Assembly: GCA_024275095.1 (NCBI GenBank)
Contig: JAJRZV010000033.1
Location: 1-32,440, forward strand
Direction: 5' to 3'
DNA length: 32,440 bases
Source: a bacterium
Lineage (GTDB): Bacteria; JAJRZV01
Shown here: one piece after another, positions 28,429 through 32,440 of the stretch
How the letters are laid out: every line of letters begins with the position of its first letter
Numbering within the stretch: the first letter of the stretch is position 1
Program-made: the position numbers and the translations under genes
Notes under the pieces: generated by a model
Seen by the model: the letters and a program-made list of their open reading frames with translations, nothing else
Database searches by the model: none
What the model was told of the DNA's origin: nothing

Positions 28429-30000
28429 GTGGCCGTGAAGAAATATCCTGTGAAGCGTGAAGTAAAAGAGCTGATCCTCCTTTATGAGATCAGCCAGGCC
28501 CTCCAGCAGAGTATGGACTTGCGGGCTGTGCTCAAACCTGTGTTGAAGATGATGGCCACTCACATGGGAATGTTGAGAGGTACCATTACTATTCTCGACC
28601 GGGATACGGGTGAAATATACATAGAAGAAGCCTACGGCTTGTCGCGCAGTCAAATGGAGAAGGGACGCTATCGCTTGGGTGAGGGCGTTACTGGCAAGGT
28701 GGTTCAGACGGGGCAGCCGGCTGTTGTTCCCCGGATATCCGAGGAACCTCTTTTTCTCAACCGCACAGGTGCACGCAGAAAACTTCGCAAAAAGGATATT
28801 TCATTTATCTGCGTGCCGATTAAGCTGGGAAATGAAGTCATAGGCGCACTCAGTGCCGACCGGCTCTTCAGCGAGCGGGTGTCATTTGAAGAGGATGTGA
28901 GACTGATGTCCATTATTGCCTCCATGATTGCTCAGGCGGTTAAACTGCGACTGAAAGCTCAGGAAGAAAAAAGGCGCCTGGTAGAGGAAAATATTCGCTT
29001 ACAGGAAGAACTGAAGGAACGTTTCAGACCTTCCAACATCATCGGAAATTCGAAGGCCATGCAACATGTCTACGAGCTTATTGCTCAGGTGGCACCTACG
29101 AATACGACCGTGCTTATCCGGGGTGAAAGCGGGACGGGAAAGGAACTCGTGGCTCATGCCATCCACTATAACAGTCCCAGAGCTGACAGGGCTTTTATCA
29201 AGGTCAATTGCGCCGCACTTCCGGAAAGCATTATAGAAAGCGAACTGTTCGGGCATGAAAAAGGTGCTTTTACCGGGGCTATTACCCAGCGAAAGGGGCG
29301 TTTTGAACTGGCTCACGGTGGCACCATTTTTCTTGATGAGATTGCAGAACTTTCGCCTGCCATTCAGGTAAAGCTGCTCAGGGTGCTCCAGGAAAAGGAG
29401 TTCGAGCGCGTCGGAGGAAGTGAAACGATTAAGGTGGATGTACGCATTATTGCCGCTACCAACAGGGATCTGGAAGCTCTCGTCAAAGAGGGGAAGTTCA
29501 GGGAAGACCTGTATTATCGCATTAATGTTTTTCCCATTCACATACCACCCCTGCGAGAAAGAAAAACGGACATTCCTTTGCTTGCCGATTACTTCGCCGA
29601 GAAGTACAGTCGCGTTCACGGAAAAGAAGTGAAGCGCATTTCAACGCCTGCCATCGATATGCTCATGAGCTATCACTGGCCGGGGAACGTGAGGGAGCTG
29701 GAGAATGTGATTGAACGGGCGGTGATTCTCAGTACGGACGGGGTCATTCACTCGCACAATCTTCCTCCCACACTTCAGACGGCCGAGGCCACAGGGACGT
29801 TTCCTACAGGTACGTTGCAGGAGATGCTGGATAATGTGGAGCGCGAGATGATTGTCGAAGCTATCAAACATGCCAGGGGGAACATGGCAGAGGCCGCGAG
29901 GCTTCTGGGTATTACAGAACGTGTAATGGGCTTGAGGGTCAGGAAACACGGCATCAATGTAAAAAGGTTTAAAGAAAAATTCGTTGATAACAAAGAATGA
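28429..30000 (+). CDS. NifA-like sigma54 enhancer-binding protein (GAF-AAA+-HTH)
   Basis: GAF ([18 protein letters not shown]), [32 protein letters not shown]; no receiver domain. Confidence 0.93.
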   Translation: MAVKKYPVKREVKELILLYEISQALQQSMDLRAVLKPVLKMMATHMGMLRGTITILDRDTGEIYIEEAYGLSRSQMEKGRYRLGEGVTGKVVQTGQPAVVPRISEEPLFLNRTGARRKLRKKDISFICVPIKLGNEVIGALSADRLFSERVSFEEDVRLMSIIASMIAQAVKLRLKAQEEKRRLVEENIRLQEELKERFRPSNIIGNSKAMQHVYELIAQVAPTNTTVLIRGESGTGKELVAHAIHYNSPRADRAFIKVNCAALPESIIESELFGHEKGAFTGAITQRKGRFELAHGGTIFLDEIAELSPAIQVKLLRVLQEKEFERVGGSETIKVDVRIIAATNRDLEALVKEGKFREDLYYRINVFPIHIPPLRERKTDIPLLADYFAEKYSRVHGKEVKRISTPAIDMLMSYHWPGNVRELENVIERAVILSTDGVIHSHNLPPTLQTAEATGTFPTGTLQEMLDNVEREMIVEAIKHARGNMAEAARLLGITERVMGLRVRKHGINVKRFKEKFVDNKE

Positions 30001-30018
30001 ACTTGCTGTTTTAACATC

Positions 30019-30046
30019 CTACCATTTTGTAGAAAACGCCTACAAA
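30019..30046. promoter_or_regulatory. Candidate upstream activating sequence for the sigma54 promoter
   Basis: CTAC-cattt-tGTAG overlapping TTTGTAG-N7-CTACAAA (TGT-N11-ACA), about 105-130 bp upstream of the -24 element. Confidence 0.5.
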
Positions 30047-30150
30047 TCTAACATTTCCGTGGGAATGAGCAAGCTGGTGATTGTGGGAGCACTGAGGGCT
30101 CATGTTGTAAGTTTTTGAATTTTAGCAGCTTTTGAATAGAGAGGCTTTGC

Positions 30151-30165
30151 TGGCACATATGTTGT
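30151..30165 (+). promoter_or_regulatory. Sigma54 -24/-12 promoter
   Basis: TGGCAC-ATATG-TTGT versus consensus TGGCAC-N5-TTGC; directly downstream of an enhancer-binding protein gene and upstream of the amtB operon. Confidence 0.75.
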
Positions 30166-30203
30166 TCTCCATAAAAAATAAAACATACGAGAGGAGGTGA
30201 AGC

Positions 30204-30983
30204 ATGGAGAAAACCGTACTCTACAGGGAGAGAAAAGGTGCCGTGCCGTGGTGGAAAGGTCTGGCGGTGGCAATGGGTATGGTGACATTTTTTCCACTGG
30301 TTCCACTGGTTGCAGTGGCAGAAGGAGCCGGTGCTTCCGGTTCAGCGTCGTGGGGCGTTTTCAGTAATTACATCTGGAGAGGTCAGAGGCTCAGCGACCG
30401 TACCGTGGTGCAGCTCGACACGAGCCTTGCCTACAAGGGGGCAAGTGTGGGTTTCTGGGCCAATTATGATACGCATGTCGGTGAGGTGACAGAAGTGGAT
30501 TACCTCGCCACATATTCCTTTTCAGCGGGCAAAGCGGGCCTGGAACTCGGGTATATTTATTACAGCCTTGAAGGTGTCAATGACACGCAGGAGTTTTATT
30601 TGTCCGCTTCGTACGATGTGATCCTTGCACCCTCATTGACCATTTATTACGACTTTGATTTAGGCACCGGCGCTTTTGTTACATTTTCCATCGGACATTC
30701 TTTTTCGCTGCCTGCAGGTGCGTCACTCGATTTGAGCGCGCTGGTAAGCGTTAACCTCAAGGATGAGGTGCTCGGTGATTTTTACAACTTTTACAATGCA
30801 GAGGCAGGTATCGGTGTTGGTGTTCCCCTGTACGGACCTGTGAGCTTATCCCTTACAGGGAATGTTTCTGTTCCTCTTTCGGGAGAGGCTAAGGATGCGA
30901 TCGAAGTTCTCAGCGTTAACGGTGCTCTTGCTGGATCAGGCATCAACTACTATGGAGGGGCTTCGGTGGCAATGGAATTTTGA
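30204..30983 (+). CDS. Outer membrane beta-barrel, TorF/Gcw_chp-like putative porin
   Basis: GAGGAGG SD; signal peptide; SNYIWRG, EVDY, GYIYY, alternating beta strands, terminal Phe. Confidence 0.8.
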   Translation: MEKTVLYRERKGAVPWWKGLAVAMGMVTFFPLVPLVAVAEGAGASGSASWGVFSNYIWRGQRLSDRTVVQLDTSLAYKGASVGFWANYDTHVGEVTEVDYLATYSFSAGKAGLELGYIYYSLEGVNDTQEFYLSASYDVILAPSLTIYYDFDLGTGAFVTFSIGHSFSLPAGASLDLSALVSVNLKDEVLGDFYNFYNAEAGIGVGVPLYGPVSLSLTGNVSVPLSGEAKDAIEVLSVNGALAGSGINYYGGASVAMEF

Positions 30984-31000
30984 ATTAAAGGAGGTTTCGG

Positions 31001-32377
31001 ATGTTAAAGAAAGCACGATATACGTGGACAATGTTACCTTTCGGGATGCTGCTCGTGGCATCAGTAGCACTCGCTGCTGATGACCCCTCGGCGGTGGCGG
31101 CACACAATTCTGTTTCCATTGATACGGTATGGACGCTCGTTGCCGCCTTCTTGGTGTTTTTCATGCAGGCGGGATTCGCGATGGTGGAGGCGGGATTCAC
31201 ACGTGCGAAGAACGCAGTGAACATCATTATGAAAAACCTGATGGATTTTTCCGTGGGTTCCATTGCGTACTGGGCGATAGGTTTTGGCCTCATGTTCGGC
31301 GCTGATGCACTTGGTCTTTTTGGTACGGATGGTTTCTTTCTATCTGCAGGTAACCCGGCTACCAGAGAAGGTTTGTGGCAATTCGCTTTCTGGATGTTTC
31401 AGGTGGTGTTTGCTGCCACGGCTGCAACCATCGTCTCAGGTGCTATGGCTGAACGAACGCGTTTCACAGCGTACCTGGTTTACAGTGCTGTCATTTCTGC
31501 TTTCATTTATCCCATTGTCGGTCACTGGATATGGGGTGGTGGGTGGCTGTCGAACCTGGGCATGGTGGACTTTGCCGGTTCGACGGTTGTGCATTCGGTT
31601 GGAGGATGGGCTGCTCTTGCCGGTGCCGCTCTTCTGGGTCCCAGGTACGGTAAGTACCTGGAAAGCAACGGTCGAAAGATTTCGCAGGCCATTCCCGGTC
31701 ATAATATCACACTGGCTGCACTGGGCGTGTTCATCCTCTGGTTCGGCTGGTTCGGATTTAACCCTGGCAGCACGACGGCCGGAACAAACCTGAGCATTGC
31801 GACCATTGCTGTTACCACCAATCTGGCTGCTGCTGCAGGTGCTATTGCTGCCATGTTTACTGCCTGGAGCATGTATGGCAAACCTGATGCGACCATGGCG
31901 CTTAACGGCGTTCTTGCCGGCCTCGTGGCCATTACTGCACCGTGTGCGGTGGTCTCGCCGGGTAGCGCTGTTATTATCGGGCTGATAGCAGGTGTAATCG
32001 TTGTTTTTTCTGTGGAGTTTTTTGACAAGGTTCTTCACATTGACGATCCTGTTGGAGCAATTTCTGTTCACGGCGTATGCGGTGCGTTTGGTACCCTGGC
32101 TGTGGGTTTATTCGCGGAAGCAAAGTACGCCAAGGCTGCTGGTCTCGGAGAAGTAAACGGTCTCTTTTTCGGCGGCGGTTTTCACCAGCTTGGCGTACAG
32201 CTTATTGGAGTGTTCGCTGTTTTTGCGTGGGTTGGCATCGCCTCTTTTGTTCTTTTTTATTTTCTGAAGAAGACCGTAGGCCTTCGGGTTAGCCAGGAAG
32301 AAGAACTGCGCGGCCTCGACATCGACGAGCATGGAATGGAAGCGTATAGCGGTTTTCAGGTGTTCACGACGCAATAA
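31001..32377 (+). CDS. amtB: Ammonium transporter
   Basis: [57 protein letters not shown]; both pore histidines present. Confidence 0.97.
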   Translation: MLKKARYTWTMLPFGMLLVASVALAADDPSAVAAHNSVSIDTVWTLVAAFLVFFMQAGFAMVEAGFTRAKNAVNIIMKNLMDFSVGSIAYWAIGFGLMFGADALGLFGTDGFFLSAGNPATREGLWQFAFWMFQVVFAATAATIVSGAMAERTRFTAYLVYSAVISAFIYPIVGHWIWGGGWLSNLGMVDFAGSTVVHSVGGWAALAGAALLGPRYGKYLESNGRKISQAIPGHNITLAALGVFILWFGWFGFNPGSTTAGTNLSIATIAVTTNLAAAAGAIAAMFTAWSMYGKPDATMALNGVLAGLVAITAPCAVVSPGSAVIIGLIAGVIVVFSVEFFDKVLHIDDPVGAISVHGVCGAFGTLAVGLFAEAKYAKAAGLGEVNGLFFGGGFHQLGVQLIGVFAVFAWVGIASFVLFYFLKKTVGLRVSQEEELRGLDIDEHGMEAYSGFQVFTTQ

Positions 32378-32440
32378 CGGAGGTGTGGGTGGAGATGTTA
32401 TTCACGGGTGTATACGGAGCTTCCATTGCCGTGAGGCATG

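Noticed and set aside
32422-32433. 12-nt match TCCATTGCCGTG to 10543-10554
   Set aside because: Matches of this length are expected by chance in 32 kb
32378-32440. Start of glnK after amtB
   Set aside because: A GGAGG is present but no frame gives a PII N-terminus within the window; the next gene cannot be called
1-32440. CRISPR arrays, tRNA/rRNA genes, transposases
   Set aside because: No regularly spaced repeats, complete cloverleaf or transposase motifs were seen by eye

Overview
Bacterial chromosomal window, probably from a Desulfobacterota/deltaproteobacterium-like organism (inferred from the rplM-rpsI-argC order and a NifA-like activator next to amtB). The left ~13 kb is an accessory, metal/efflux-flavoured block: an OmpR-family two-component system, a CusR/CopR-box-like palindrome, an ICMT-family membrane methyltransferase-TolC-MFP-RND operon, a 7-repeat beta-propeller-like lipoprotein and a P1B-4-like ATPase. 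The rest is backbone: a tRNA m6A37-type methyltransferase, SRPBCC protein, ilvE, a bi-domain oxidoreductase, argC, rpsI, rplM, tRNA nucleotidyltransferase, xerD, FN3-Kelch lipoprotein, MCP, coaE, PHP, Mut7-C, RDD, and a sigma54 module (NifA-like activator, TorF-like porin, amtB). Reading across the ORF breaks shows three otherwise intact minus-strand genes each interrupted by a single in-frame TAA (13629, 24843, 26850), and a fourth (the ATPase) broken by an apparent 2-nt deletion. I found no such lesion in plus-strand genes. TAA is also a normal terminator in this window, so this is conditional readthrough, very recent pseudogenisation or a systematic sequence artefact. No rRNA, tRNA, CRISPR array or transposase was recognised.
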